Assembly: GCA_943354385.1 (NCBI GenBank)
Contig: CALRBR010000003.1
Location: 1,926 to 65,925, forward strand
Length of the DNA stretch: 64,000 bases
Origin: Candidatus Tayloriibacteriota bacterium
GTDB lineage: Bacteria > Patescibacteriota > Minisyncoccia > Phycocordibacterales > PALSA-1337
Direction of reading: 5' to 3'
Numbering within the stretch: position 1 is the first letter of the stretch; each line of letters begins with the position of its first letter. Both the position numbers and the translations under genes were made by a program. Shown piece after piece: positions 1-9,905 of this stretch. The notes below the pieces were generated by a model. The model worked only from the letters and a program-made list of their open reading frames with translations, was not told the origin of the DNA and searched no databases.

Positions 1-109
1 AAATTGGCTGTTATTTTTTACTAAAAAAGAGGAACACTTCGGGCAAAATAGGTTTTATTAAACGAGCACTGTTCTTGCCATTTCTCTGTATTTTCAGTAT
101 ATTAAGGGA

Positions 110-2152
110 ATGGGTATTTTTACACTTACGTCACAATTTGAGCCAGCTGGAGACCAGCCAAAGGCCATCGAGGCACTGGTAAGAGGTTTTAAAAAGGGCA
201 TGCGACACCAGACTCTTCTCGGTGTGACTGGCTCGGGCAAGACTTTTACTGCGGCCAACGTGATCGCACAGCTCGATAAGCCAACTCTCGTCATCGCGCA
301 CAACAAAACTCTTGCCGCCCAGCTCGCACAGGAGTATCGGGAATTTTTCCCTAAAAACGCTGTGCACTATTTCGTCTCGTACTATGACTACTATCAGCCT
401 GAGGCATATATGCCGGTGACGGATACCTATATAGAGAAAGAGGCAATGATCAATGATGAGATAGACCGATTGAGACATGCTTCGACGCAAGCTTTGCTCA
501 CGCGCAGAGATGTTATTATTGTCGCTTCGGTCTCTTGTATTTATGGTTTGGGTTCGCCGGTTGAATATGAAAAGGTAAATTTGAAACTGGCGGTGAATTT
601 GGTTTTGCCGAGAGCGGAGCTTTTAAGAAAATTAGTAGACCTTCATTTTAAGCGCACTCACGCTGACCTTGAGCCAGGAACATTCAGGGCTATCGGAAAC
701 TCGGTGGAAATCATGCCGGTCAATGAGCAAATTATTTTTCGTATTGAACATGAAGGCACGACTATTAGCTCGATTGCAAAAATCGACCATATTTCTCGTC
801 GACTTGTTGAAAAGGTACCAGTGTTTTTCCTTTTTCCGGCTAAGCACTTTATCTCAGACTCAGTTCAGCAAAAAAGAGCTTTTACTACTATTAAAGCCGA
901 GCTCGAAAATCGACTAAAAGAGCTCACTACCCAGGGTAAAAATCTCGAAGCTGAGAGACTCAAGCGCCGAGTGAGCTATGATCTCGCACTAATTCGCGAG
1001 GTAGGCTATTGCAACGGTATTGAAAATTACTCTCGACATTTTTCTGACAAAAAGCCAGGCGAGGCGCCCGACTCACTTCTCGCATATTTCCCTCGTACTG
1101 CAGATGGTAAGCCAGGCTTTATGACTGTAATAGACGAGTCCCATGTGACCTTGCCCCAGATCGGCGGTATGTATGCGGGAGATGCGTCTCGAAAAAAAAC
1201 ACTTGTCGAACATGGTTTCCGACTCCCTTCGGCGGGGGACAATAGACCACTGAAATCAGAAGAATTTTTTGAGCGAGTCGGTCAGATTTTGTACACATCG
1301 GCCACACCGAGTGAACATGAGCGAAAAGTTAGTGAGCAAATAGTCCAGCAGGTGATCCGACCAACCGGGCTGATCGATCCAGAAATTGTAGTCAAACCTA
1401 TAGTGGAAAGCGGTAATTATAAAGGGCAGATTTTTGACTTTATTTCTGAAGCTGAAAAAGTAATTAAAAGAGGTTTTCGAGTGATTGCGACGACACTGAC
1501 TAAAAAGATGGCGGAGGACTTGAGTTTATATCTCAAAGAGAAGGGAATTAAGTCAGAATATTTACACAGCGATATCAAAACGATGCAGAGAATTGAGATT
1601 TTGACGCAATTTAGAAAAGGGGAGTTTGACTGTATTGTGGGAGTCAATCTGCTCCGAGAAGGTCTCGATTTGCCGGAAGTGGAGCTCATTGGTATTCTAG
1701 ATGCAGACAAAGAAGGTTTTTTGAGATCGGAGACAGCGCTCATTCAAACTATTGGCCGTGCCGCGAGAAATGTCCTCGGCCGGGTGATCTTGTATGCCGA
1801 TGTGATGACTGGCTCCATGACTCGGGCTATAGGAGAGACCAATCGTCGTCGTGCGATACAGGTGGCACACAATACTGCTCACGGCATCACCCCCCAGACT
1901 ATTATTAAAAAGATTCACGATATTACCGATCAGATGCGTACCGAGCATGACAAGGCTATCAAGTTACTTTTGGATGTTGACCAAGCTCTGTACGCCGAAA
2001 ATCCTAAAAAAGTTATGAAAGAAAAGGAAAAACAGATGGCGGATGCGGTAAAGGAACTTGATTTTGATACAGCTGCGATCTTGAGGGATGAGATACGTGT
2101 ATTGCAGACGCCGAAGAGAGAAAAGCTGACTCAAGATAAAAAGAGGAAGTAA
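110..2152 (+). CDS. uvrB: Excinuclease ABC subunit B
   Basis: GVTGSGKT Walker A, YYDYYQPEAY beta-hairpin, DESH, GINLLREGLD-like motif, C-terminal UVR motif. Confidence 0.98.
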   Translation: MGIFTLTSQFEPAGDQPKAIEALVRGFKKGMRHQTLLGVTGSGKTFTAANVIAQLDKPTLVIAHNKTLAAQLAQEYREFFPKNAVHYFVSYYDYYQPEAYMPVTDTYIEKEAMINDEIDRLRHASTQALLTRRDVIIVASVSCIYGLGSPVEYEKVNLKLAVNLVLPRAELLRKLVDLHFKRTHADLEPGTFRAIGNSVEIMPVNEQIIFRIEHEGTTISSIAKIDHISRRLVEKVPVFFLFPAKHFISDSVQQKRAFTTIKAELENRLKELTTQGKNLEAERLKRRVSYDLALIREVGYCNGIENYSRHFSDKKPGEAPDSLLAYFPRTADGKPGFMTVIDESHVTLPQIGGMYAGDASRKKTLVEHGFRLPSAGDNRPLKSEEFFERVGQILYTSATPSEHERKVSEQIVQQVIRPTGLIDPEIVVKPIVESGNYKGQIFDFISEAEKVIKRGFRVIATTLTKKMAEDLSLYLKEKGIKSEYLHSDIKTMQRIEILTQFRKGEFDCIVGVNLLREGLDLPEVELIGILDADKEGFLRSETALIQTIGRAARNVLGRVILYADVMTGSMTRAIGETNRRRAIQVAHNTAHGITPQTIIKKIHDITDQMRTEHDKAIKLLLDVDQALYAENPKKVMKEKEKQMADAVKELDFDTAAILRDEIRVLQTPKREKLTQDKKRK

Positions 2153-2209
2153 TCATTTACATTTTAATCATGGGTGGTATAATCAACAAGTATAATCATT
2201 AATACATAT

Positions 2210-2617
2210 ATGACAGATATTCAAAATAATACTGTGTCTCTAGAAGGGAAGAAGATTATGTGGGTGGAAGATGACAATTTTCTTAGTGGCCTTATCGGCA
2301 AAAAGCTGGGTAATGAAAAGGCGATTCTTTTTCGTGCTTCAAATGGCGAAGAGGCGGTGGTAATGGTAGAAAAAGAAATGCCTGATGTACTACTTCTCGA
2401 CATTCTTCTTCCTGGGATGACTGGCCTGCAAGTTTTACAGAAAATAAAGAGCAACCCAGCTACAAAAGACATCCCTGTACTACTCCTTTCAAATCTCGGC
2501 CAGAAAGCAGATATTGATAAGGGGGCGCAGCTTGGTGCGGAGAAGTTTCTGATCAAAGCGACCTTGTCTCTCGATGAAATTATAAAGGAGGTAAAGAGGG
2601 TGGTTGCAAAGAAGTAG
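2210..2617 (+). CDS. Single-domain response regulator (receiver)
   Basis: VEDD, LLDILLP phospho-Asp, LSN and K motif; no output domain. Confidence 0.9.
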   Translation: MTDIQNNTVSLEGKKIMWVEDDNFLSGLIGKKLGNEKAILFRASNGEEAVVMVEKEMPDVLLLDILLPGMTGLQVLQKIKSNPATKDIPVLLLSNLGQKADIDKGAQLGAEKFLIKATLSLDEIIKEVKRVVAKK

Positions 2618-2648
2618 CCTAGTTTTAGTAAAAAATTTTGGCTAACAT

Positions 2649-2680
2649 TAAACGGCTAAACACAAGTGTTTAGCCGTTTA
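2649..2680. repeat. REP-like palindrome, AACGGCT...AGCCGTT family (copy 1)
   Basis: TAAACGGCTAAACAC-AA-GTGTTTAGCCGTTTA perfect 15-bp stem; related to 10938 and 14471. Confidence 0.75.
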
Positions 2681-2888
2681 GCGTAGCTCTATAGAGCCAA
2701 ATGTTAAAAAATGGGCCTCGACGAGTTTAAGCCACCGTTTGGCGGAAGGGCTCAACGCTGTTGGTTTGATATTGGAGAAGTATCCCCCGAAAATCAGTAG
2801 ATTTTCGGGGGTCGCTGTATTACTGGTCTTATTTGCCCACACAACCCTTTTTCTTGTGTTAAAAGAAAAAACCTGATATAATCCGCCC

Positions 2889-5549
2889 ATGTCCAAAGCG
2901 CAATATCATGATCATGGCATAGATTCTATTGTTGTAAAGGGTGCGCGCACTCACAATCTAAAGAATATCAATGTTGAAATGCCACGCAACAAGATGGTGG
3001 TGTTTACTGGTCTCTCAGGCTCTGGCAAATCATCACTTGCATTCGATACTATTTTTGCTGAGGGCCAGCGCCGATATGTAGAGTCACTCTCTTCATACGC
3101 TCGACAGTTTCTCCGCCAGATGCAAAAGCCAGATGTAGATGAGATCACCGGTCTTTCACCAGCTATTTCTATCGACCAAAAGTCGCGCTCAAACAACCCT
3201 CGTTCAACTGTCGCAACTATTACTGAAATCTATGACTATCTACGTATTCTCTACGCTCGTATCGGTATGCCACACTGTCTTGTCTGCGGATCAGCAATTA
3301 AGAAACTTTCAAACGAAGAAATAAAAAACTTTGTGCTCGAAAAAGTGGATAGTTCTTCGTCCCACCACGCTGATTTTATTGAAATCTTTTCACCACTCGT
3401 CCGTGGCCGAAAAGGCGAGTACTATCAGCTTCTCTACGACCTGCTCGGCAAAGGTTACAGTGAAGTACTTATCGATGGGAATAGAAAGAAGCTCCGTGAA
3501 CAAATAGAGCTTACTAAAAACAAGCGACATGATATCGCAGTGCTTGTCGATCGTATTCGTATCGATGATTTTAAAAATGATGCCCAATCCTCGCTCGAGC
3601 GTCTCAGTGAATCTCTCGAAAAAGCTCTTGATGAGTCCGAAGGTCTCATTCGAATTATACTTTCCAATACTACAAAGCAGGTCAAAGAAAAAATTGAGGC
3701 AAGTGACAAACCGGAGCTTGCCGGAGCCCTTTCTCCTGTCATCCTCGAAACAAAAGATTTAACTATCAAGGAAGACTTCTTAATGTCCTCAAAATTCTCT
3801 TGTCCAAAAGATGGCTACTCATATCCAGAGATAGAACCTCGACTTTTCTCATTCAACTCTCCATACGGTGCATGTCCAGAATGTAATGGCCTTGGTACCC
3901 AACAGTTTTTTGGTGAGGAACCTTGTACAAAATGTAAAGGAGCACGACTTCGCGAGGAAGCTCTCCACGTCACTATCGGAGGCAAGAATATTGTCGATTT
4001 TACCGCACTCTCCATCTCTGATTCAGAAGTATTTTTGGAAGGTCTAAAACTCACCGTTACTGAAAAAAATATTGCTAAGGTTATTTTAAAAGAAATAGAA
4101 AGTCGCCTGACATTTATGATCAATGTAGGTATTGAATACCTCTCTCTTAATCGTCGTGCCCACACCCTTTCTGGAGGAGAAGCACAGCGTATCAGACTCG
4201 CTTCTCAGCTTGGTTCAGGACTTGTGGGTGCTCTCTATGTGCTCGATGAGCCGACCATCGGGCTTCACTCTCGAGATAATGACCGCTTGATCAAAACTCT
4301 CGTCGATCTTCGCGATGCTGGTAATAGTATTTTGATTGTGGAGCACGACGAGGACACTATTTATGCTTCAGATTATATTATAGACATCGGCCCTGGTGCA
4401 GGAATACACGGGGGTAAAATCGTAGTGGCTGACTACCTAGAGCCTCTTTTGACCGCAAAAACCAATCCGTCTGAATCCCTCACCCTCGACTATCTTCGTG
4501 GGGAGCGAAAAATAGAAGTCCCAAAGACGCGCAGGGACAAAGACAAAGGCAAGATCATGATTCGTGGAGCAAATATTTTTAATCTAAAAAATATCAATGT
4601 CGACATCCCACTCGGCAAGCTCGTCCTCGTGACCGGTGTGTCTGGCTCGGGCAAATCATCTCTCGTGTATGAAGTGATTTATAAAAATCTTCAAGCTCGA
4701 CTCGAACGACGGCATCGTACCAACGATGTCTACAACTGTGCCTCATTTTCAGGCAGCGAATATCTCGGCCGAGTCGTGCTCATCGATCAGTCTCCGATCG
4801 GTCGTACTCCTCGTTCAAACCCGATGACTTATACCGGTGCGTGGAGTTTTGTGCGAGAGCTTTTTGCGGAGTCTGCCGAAGCTCGTGTGCGTGGCTGGAA
4901 AGCCAATCGTTTTTCATTTAACGTTAAAGGAGGACGATGTGAAGCTTGTCAGGGTAACGGCGAAATTGCGGTGGAAATGCATTTCTTGCCGACTGTCTAT
5001 GTACCATGCGAGGTCTGTGAGGGTAAGCGCTTTATGAAGGAGACTCTAGAAATAAAATACAAGCACAAAAATATTTACGAAATTCTCTGCATGACAGCAG
5101 AGGAAGGTCTCGTTTTTTTTGAAGATATTCCAGCTATCTATGATCGTCTAAAAAGTCTGAGTGATGTCGGTTTGACATATCTCAAGCTAGGGCAATCTGC
5201 AACAACCCTTTCTGGTGGAGAAGCTCAGCGTGTAAAAATATCTTCGGAGCTCTATCGCCCACATATTCAAAAAACTATTTATATTTTGGATGAGCCAACT
5301 ATCGGACTTCACTATGAGGACGTGCGAAAATTGATTGAGATTGTTCAGAAACTCGTTGATAAGGGCAATACGGTGGTTGTGATTGAGCATAATATGGATA
5401 TTGTAAAATCAGCTGACTATGTGATCGACATTGGTCCAGAGGGAGGTGATAAGGGAGGTAAGATAGTGGCCAAGGGTACACCTGAGGATATTGCGATGAA
5501 TGAAAAGTCTTATACTGGAACGTATTTGAAGAAGGTACTTAAAAAGTAG
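2889..5549 (+). CDS. uvrA: Excinuclease ABC subunit A
   Basis: Two ABC domains ([16 protein letters not shown], two LSGGEAQR), zinc fingers. Confidence 0.98.
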   Translation: MSKAQYHDHGIDSIVVKGARTHNLKNINVEMPRNKMVVFTGLSGSGKSSLAFDTIFAEGQRRYVESLSSYARQFLRQMQKPDVDEITGLSPAISIDQKSRSNNPRSTVATITEIYDYLRILYARIGMPHCLVCGSAIKKLSNEEIKNFVLEKVDSSSSHHADFIEIFSPLVRGRKGEYYQLLYDLLGKGYSEVLIDGNRKKLREQIELTKNKRHDIAVLVDRIRIDDFKNDAQSSLERLSESLEKALDESEGLIRIILSNTTKQVKEKIEASDKPELAGALSPVILETKDLTIKEDFLMSSKFSCPKDGYSYPEIEPRLFSFNSPYGACPECNGLGTQQFFGEEPCTKCKGARLREEALHVTIGGKNIVDFTALSISDSEVFLEGLKLTVTEKNIAKVILKEIESRLTFMINVGIEYLSLNRRAHTLSGGEAQRIRLASQLGSGLVGALYVLDEPTIGLHSRDNDRLIKTLVDLRDAGNSILIVEHDEDTIYASDYIIDIGPGAGIHGGKIVVADYLEPLLTAKTNPSESLTLDYLRGERKIEVPKTRRDKDKGKIMIRGANIFNLKNINVDIPLGKLVLVTGVSGSGKSSLVYEVIYKNLQARLERRHRTNDVYNCASFSGSEYLGRVVLIDQSPIGRTPRSNPMTYTGAWSFVRELFAESAEARVRGWKANRFSFNVKGGRCEACQGNGEIAVEMHFLPTVYVPCEVCEGKRFMKETLEIKYKHKNIYEILCMTAEEGLVFFEDIPAIYDRLKSLSDVGLTYLKLGQSATTLSGGEAQRVKISSELYRPHIQKTIYILDEPTIGLHYEDVRKLIEIVQKLVDKGNTVVVIEHNMDIVKSADYVIDIGPEGGDKGGKIVAKGTPEDIAMNEKSYTGTYLKKVLKK

Positions 5550-5607
5550 GGGCGGAGGAGATGTTAGATATTAGTAGTTAGACAGCAGATCAAAATAAAA
5601 AACCGAC

Positions 5608-5814
5608 CTACTCTTTTTGTTTTCGAGTGCGTCGGCAAGAGAGATAGGTAGAAAGCATTTTCTGTTGGCGACCATTAGCAATAATTTTTTTCCTTAAGTG
5701 AGCCGATCGTGCCTCGTGCAGGCCTAGCATTAACCAAAGATGCCTAGCGTGAAGACGGAGCATTTCGAGCTCTGTTTTTTTGCGGATAGCTGACGTGACT
5801 TTTTTCGTTTTCAT
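5608..5814 (-). CDS. Small basic hypothetical protein
   Basis: ATG at 5814 overlaps the stop of the upstream ORF (ATGA coupling); no recognisable domain. Confidence 0.45.
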   Translation of the reverse strand: MKTKKVTSAIRKKTELEMLRLHARHLWLMLGLHEARSAHLRKKIIANGRQQKMLSTYLSCRRTRKQKE

Positions 5815-6071
5815 ATAGGTCTGAATTTGAAACCGCATTCCGGACAGGTAATGGTGAATCGTAAATCATGGGGACCTTTTTTGTGCTTACATCTGCTTTT
5901 GAGAGCCTCCAGAGCTTTCTCCAATTTTCGCAGATGTTTCTCAAGGAGATCTGTGGTATCTGAACAATACTCTGCTATTTTCAGATGACCATCGATCTTA
6001 TCCATCAGCCTTTCTATCCTTATTTCCAGATGCTTTCTCCTTACTGTAATGGAAACAGATTTCTTTGCCAT
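5811..6071 (-). CDS. Small hypothetical protein, coiled coil + CxH...CxxC putative zinc site
   Basis: ATG start, heptad-like LEKHLRKLEKALEALK, CKH and CPECG. Confidence 0.6.
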   Translation of the reverse strand: MAKKSVSITVRRKHLEIRIERLMDKIDGHLKIAEYCSDTTDLLEKHLRKLEKALEALKSRCKHKKGPHDLRFTITCPECGFKFRPI

Positions 6072-6127
6072 AAATTTTGTTAAAAAACCAATTTGAATTT
6101 ACCAACGAATAGTGTATAATACAAAAT

Positions 6128-7363
6128 ATGAATAGTCAAGAACTCGCCAAAGCAAACCTACCCGATAGTCCTGGGGTCTACTTCTTTAAACAGGGTGGCT
6201 CGGTACTCTATATCGGTAGGGCAACATCACTAAAAGACCGTGTAAGGAGCTATTTTGGCTCAGATTTGATAGCTACACGGGGACCGCTTTTGGTGGATAT
6301 GGTTTTTCAAGCTAGTGAACTTAGCTTTACAATCACTGATTCGGTACTCGAGGCCATCATCCTTGAGGCAAGTCTGATACGCAAACATCAGCCAAAATAT
6401 AATACTAAGGAAAAAGATAATAAAAGTTTCAATTGTGTGGTGATTACCAAAGAAGCATTTCCTCGGGTACTCATTGTTCGTAAGAGAGACCTCGATCAAG
6501 GTAAAAATGATGTTGTAGCCAAATATACTTTCGGGCCATTTCCACAAGGTTCGAGTATTGTGGAAGGTCTACGAATCATTCGAAAAATATTTCCATTTAG
6601 AGACAAGTGTACACCGCTAGCAGGGAAGCCATGTTTCAATGCCCAGATTGGTCTGTGTCCTGGAGTGTGCGCAGGTAATGTGTCTGCAAAAGAGTATGGA
6701 AAAATAATCGCTCGCATAAAACTTTTTTTTGAAGGCAAAAAGGCTATTTTGATACGAAAAATGGAAAAGGAAATGAAGGATTATGCCAAAAAGCAGGAAT
6801 TTGAAAAAGCGGGGGAGCTCAAAAGACAGACGTTTGCACTGACACATATCCAGGATGTGGCTCTTATTAAAAATCGAGAAAGCTTTTCGACAGAGACTGG
6901 CGAATCGCAGTACAGCGCTACATTCCGCATCGAAGCGTACGACATCGCCCATCTGTCTGGTAAAGACACTGTGGGTGTGATGACTGTACTAGAAGATGGT
7001 CAGCCAGCTAAATCGCAATATCGAAAATTTAAAATAAAAAGGGGAGATGGCGCACATGATATTGCTAATCTCAGGGAAATTATTCAGAGACGACTCACTC
7101 ATACCGAATGGCCACACCCTCAGATGATTGTAACCGATGGAAATGAAGTGCAGAGACGAGCTGTAGAGGAAATCATCGCTGAGGCCAAACTTTCTATACC
7201 CGTAGTTTCTGTGACTAAAGATGAAAGACACAAAGCCCGAGCAATTATTGGTGAGGCAAATCTGGTGGAGAAATATAAAAGGGCAATATTGCTCGCAAAC
7301 AGTGAAGCCCATCGTTTTGCTATCGGATATCATCGAAATTTAAGGACTAGAAATTTTCATTAA
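6128..7363 (+). CDS. uvrC: Excinuclease ABC subunit C (short form, no C-terminal HhH)
   Basis: N-terminal GIY-YIG (PGVY..LYIG), Cys cluster, UVR, RIEAYDIAH RNase H-like domain, EAHRFAI. Confidence 0.93.
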   Translation: MNSQELAKANLPDSPGVYFFKQGGSVLYIGRATSLKDRVRSYFGSDLIATRGPLLVDMVFQASELSFTITDSVLEAIILEASLIRKHQPKYNTKEKDNKSFNCVVITKEAFPRVLIVRKRDLDQGKNDVVAKYTFGPFPQGSSIVEGLRIIRKIFPFRDKCTPLAGKPCFNAQIGLCPGVCAGNVSAKEYGKIIARIKLFFEGKKAILIRKMEKEMKDYAKKQEFEKAGELKRQTFALTHIQDVALIKNRESFSTETGESQYSATFRIEAYDIAHLSGKDTVGVMTVLEDGQPAKSQYRKFKIKRGDGAHDIANLREIIQRRLTHTEWPHPQMIVTDGNEVQRRAVEEIIAEAKLSIPVVSVTKDERHKARAIIGEANLVEKYKRAILLANSEAHRFAIGYHRNLRTRNFH

Positions 7364-7484
7364 ATAGAGGTATAATAGGTATGCTTTCACTTTGGCCAAT
7401 TGTTATCTTTCCAATTGGCTAAGTAAAGGTAGCAGTCAATACTCCGCACGATCTGACGAGGATCGTGTTAGTGGGTACACTGTT

Positions 7485-7520
7485 TGGCGGTGTCCGGTTT
7501 CCGGACACCGCTATTTTTTT
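7485..7520 (+). terminator. Intrinsic terminator
   Basis: GGCGGTGTCCGG-TTT-CCGGACACCGCT followed by T7. Confidence 0.85.
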
Positions 7521-7576
7521 ATTAAGTACGGAGTTATCCACCCTGCTCATAGCTAGATTTTTGCTATACTATACGT

Positions 7577-8542
7577 ATGTCAAAAATAAGAGTCGGGGTA
7601 CTCCGTGGTGGACCATCGAGCGAATACGATGTATCGCTCAAAACTGGTGCGTCCGTGCTAAAACATTTGCCTGAGGAGTATTACGCGCATGATATTTTTA
7701 TATCTAAAGATGGCTCATGGCACAAAGGTGGCATTGTCTATTCTCCAGGGGAGATTATTAAACACCTCGACGTAGTTTTTAATGCACTTCATGGTGAATA
7801 CGGCGAGGATGGCAGAGTCCAGCATCTTCTCGACACCTTTGCTATGCCATACACTGGGTCAGGGTATCTTGCCTCAGCTCTGGGGATGAATAAAACTTTA
7901 GCGAAAAAAGTTTTTACGGAACACGGCATCAAAACACCACTTCATAAGACATTAAATAAAGGTGAATACACTCACGCCGACGTTCTGCAAATTTTTAAAA
8001 CATTCCCAATGCCTGCTGTGGTCAAGCCAGTACGAGCCGGCTCATCGATAGGTGTATCTATTGCTCGCACGGTGCACGAGCTGGAAGCCGCGATTATAAA
8101 AGCATTTGAATACGAAACAGAAGCATTGATTGAAGAATATATTTCTGGTAGGGAAGCGACATGTGGAGTGATCGAGGGTTTTCGTGGGGAAGCGCTGTAT
8201 TCTCTCTTGCCAGTAGAAATAGCCCACAACAGCTCTTCTGGTCTCTTTGACTACGAAGCAAAATATGCTGGCAAGAGCAAAGAGATTTGCCCAGGCAATT
8301 TTACGAAAGTGGAATTAAAAAAGATTCAGGATACCTCGGTCGCTGTCCACAGGGCTCTTGGTCTTCGCCACTACTCACGATCGGATTTTATTGTACATCC
8401 AAAACGCGGCGTGTATATTTTAGAAACTAACACACTACCCGGACTTACCGAAGAATCTCTTTTTCCACTTTCTCTCAAAGCAGTGGGAAGTAGCTTGCCT
8501 GAATTTTTAGGACATGTACTCGAAATGGCGAGGAAAAAATAA
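7577..8542 (+). CDS. ddl: D-alanine--D-alanine ligase
   Basis: GGPSSEYDVSL, LHGEYGEDG, GSSIGV, FDYEAKY, ETNTLPG. Confidence 0.96.
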   Translation: MSKIRVGVLRGGPSSEYDVSLKTGASVLKHLPEEYYAHDIFISKDGSWHKGGIVYSPGEIIKHLDVVFNALHGEYGEDGRVQHLLDTFAMPYTGSGYLASALGMNKTLAKKVFTEHGIKTPLHKTLNKGEYTHADVLQIFKTFPMPAVVKPVRAGSSIGVSIARTVHELEAAIIKAFEYETEALIEEYISGREATCGVIEGFRGEALYSLLPVEIAHNSSSGLFDYEAKYAGKSKEICPGNFTKVELKKIQDTSVAVHRALGLRHYSRSDFIVHPKRGVYILETNTLPGLTEESLFPLSLKAVGSSLPEFLGHVLEMARKK

Positions 8543-8589
8543 TTTCTACTCTATCTGGGTATTATTGTGGCTAGATGTCTGAATTTGCA

Positions 8590-9273
8590 TTATATACCTG
8601 CAACAATCTTCACCTCCTTCGCCTCGTCAAGTTTTTTACCAGCTGCGATACTGATATCTGCTCGCGCTTGTTCTGGGTCGGCGATGTTTCGTAATGAAAA
8701 TTCTTTTACTGCACCAGAGGACTCGACCTCTACCGTACCAATTTTAAGAAAAGTGTTGATAATGCCGAAAATCTTGATATTCAGGTCGACAATATGTTCT
8801 AGTCGAATCTCTGAAATATCACGCTTAAATAAGTTGATCTGATCCACATCGATCAGGCGCTTATTGGTCAGAACCCAAATATCAAAAAAATAAGTAGTGG
8901 CCATCACTAAAATACCAAAAAATAAAATAACCGACCATGCGAGGTATAGTGTACTTAAAAAAGGAGTTATACTTTTAATGAGCTGAGTCCATTCTTTTGG
9001 TAAGAAATAGACGGCAAAAGGGATGAGAGCGGCTAAAATCACGAGCAGTACATCTAGCAAAAAAATAAACCAGTGTTTCCGAAATACCTTTATGATTTGT
9101 TCATCGGGAAGAAGTTTGACGGCAGAGTATCGATTATACTTGGTCCAGTGATAGAGTAGTGCTATTAGTGTGATGCCACATATAATCACTGTTAGTAGCA
9201 AGATACCACTAATTACGTACGGACTATTTAGAAAAGTTATGATTTGACTCGGGTATATTTCTGATGGGATCAT
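8590..9273 (-). CDS. Membrane protein with bacterial PH domain
   Basis: Three hydrophobic segments, RKHW and LTNKRLIDVDQ..G.VEVES PH-like motif; start trimmed to ATG 9273. Confidence 0.75.
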   Translation of the reverse strand: MIPSEIYPSQIITFLNSPYVISGILLLTVIICGITLIALLYHWTKYNRYSAVKLLPDEQIIKVFRKHWFIFLLDVLLVILAALIPFAVYFLPKEWTQLIKSITPFLSTLYLAWSVILFFGILVMATTYFFDIWVLTNKRLIDVDQINLFKRDISEIRLEHIVDLNIKIFGIINTFLKIGTVEVESSGAVKEFSLRNIADPEQARADISIAAGKKLDEAKEVKIVAGI

Positions 9274-9315
9274 GGTATAGAATAGTATAACATAAGCTAG
9301 ATTGATTGAGATATT

Positions 9316-9388
9316 TGGGGACATGAGGAGAGTCGGACTCCTACCACATCTATGCAGTGTATGTGTAATACCATTTTATTACAGACTC
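9316..9388 (-). pseudogene. Degenerate tRNA (probably decayed tRNA-Ala)
   Basis: Reverse complement has tRNA spacing, D-loop TGG, perfect T-stem AGGAG/CTCCT and G3:U70; acceptor and anticodon stems are mismatched, and TCCGA replaces TTCGA. Confidence 0.65.
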
Positions 9389-9497
9389 AATAGATATATA
9401 GTTTACCTTAAAATAGTCTGTCAGCAATGCTTGATTTTTATACTAACATTCGGTATAGTATCTAGGCAGTTTTTAGAGACTGTACCGTCAATAACAT

Positions 9498-9570
9498 GGG
9501 CCCTTAGCTCATCTGGTAGAGCACCTCATTTGCAATGAGGGGGTGGCAGGTTCGAGTCCTGTAGGGTCCA
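9498..9570 (+). tRNA. tRNA-Ala (TGC)
   Basis: GGGCCCTTAGCTCA...CCTCA-TTTGCAA-TGAGG...GTTCGAGTCCTGTAGGGTCCA cloverleaf, G3:U70. Confidence 0.97.
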
Positions 9571-9790
9571 CCGAACAGAAAAAATCTCCACTGCTGGAGA
9601 TTTTTTCGTGTGTGTGGAAAGCGCAGGTATATTTTTTAAGCAGAAAAAATACCGAGCTGGGGTCGCGAGCACTTACGTAGATTGTGAGGTCTTCCGAAAC
9701 AATATACTTAGTGACTCGTGATACACGATAAATAGTAAAAGCGTACTCGCGGTTCCATATAAAAGGCGAGTAAGAGTTCCCGCAGGGTCC
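9571..9790 (+). mobile_element. Multi-hairpin tRNA-tail element ending in an imperfect copy of the tRNA 3' end
   Basis: GAGTTCCCGCAGGGTCC (9774-9790) resembles tRNA end GAGTCCTGTAGGGTCC (9554-9569); several nested inverted repeats lie between. Confidence 0.55.
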
Positions 9791-9905
9791 CAAATTTTTA
9801 AAGGCGCAACCCAAGATGCACTATATGTGTTGAGACTTTAACCTAATGTAACCGTATTTTACAGCGTAAAATATTTTTTGTGTCAAAATATGCTATCATT
9901 ATACA

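Noticed and set aside
94-2556. Short antisense ORFs inside uvrB and the response regulator (and other core genes)
   Set aside because: Shadow ORFs of well-conserved genes
7453-7470. Hammerhead ribozyme core (CTGACGA)
   Set aside because: No stem II followed by GAAA; the motif lies in a simple hairpin loop
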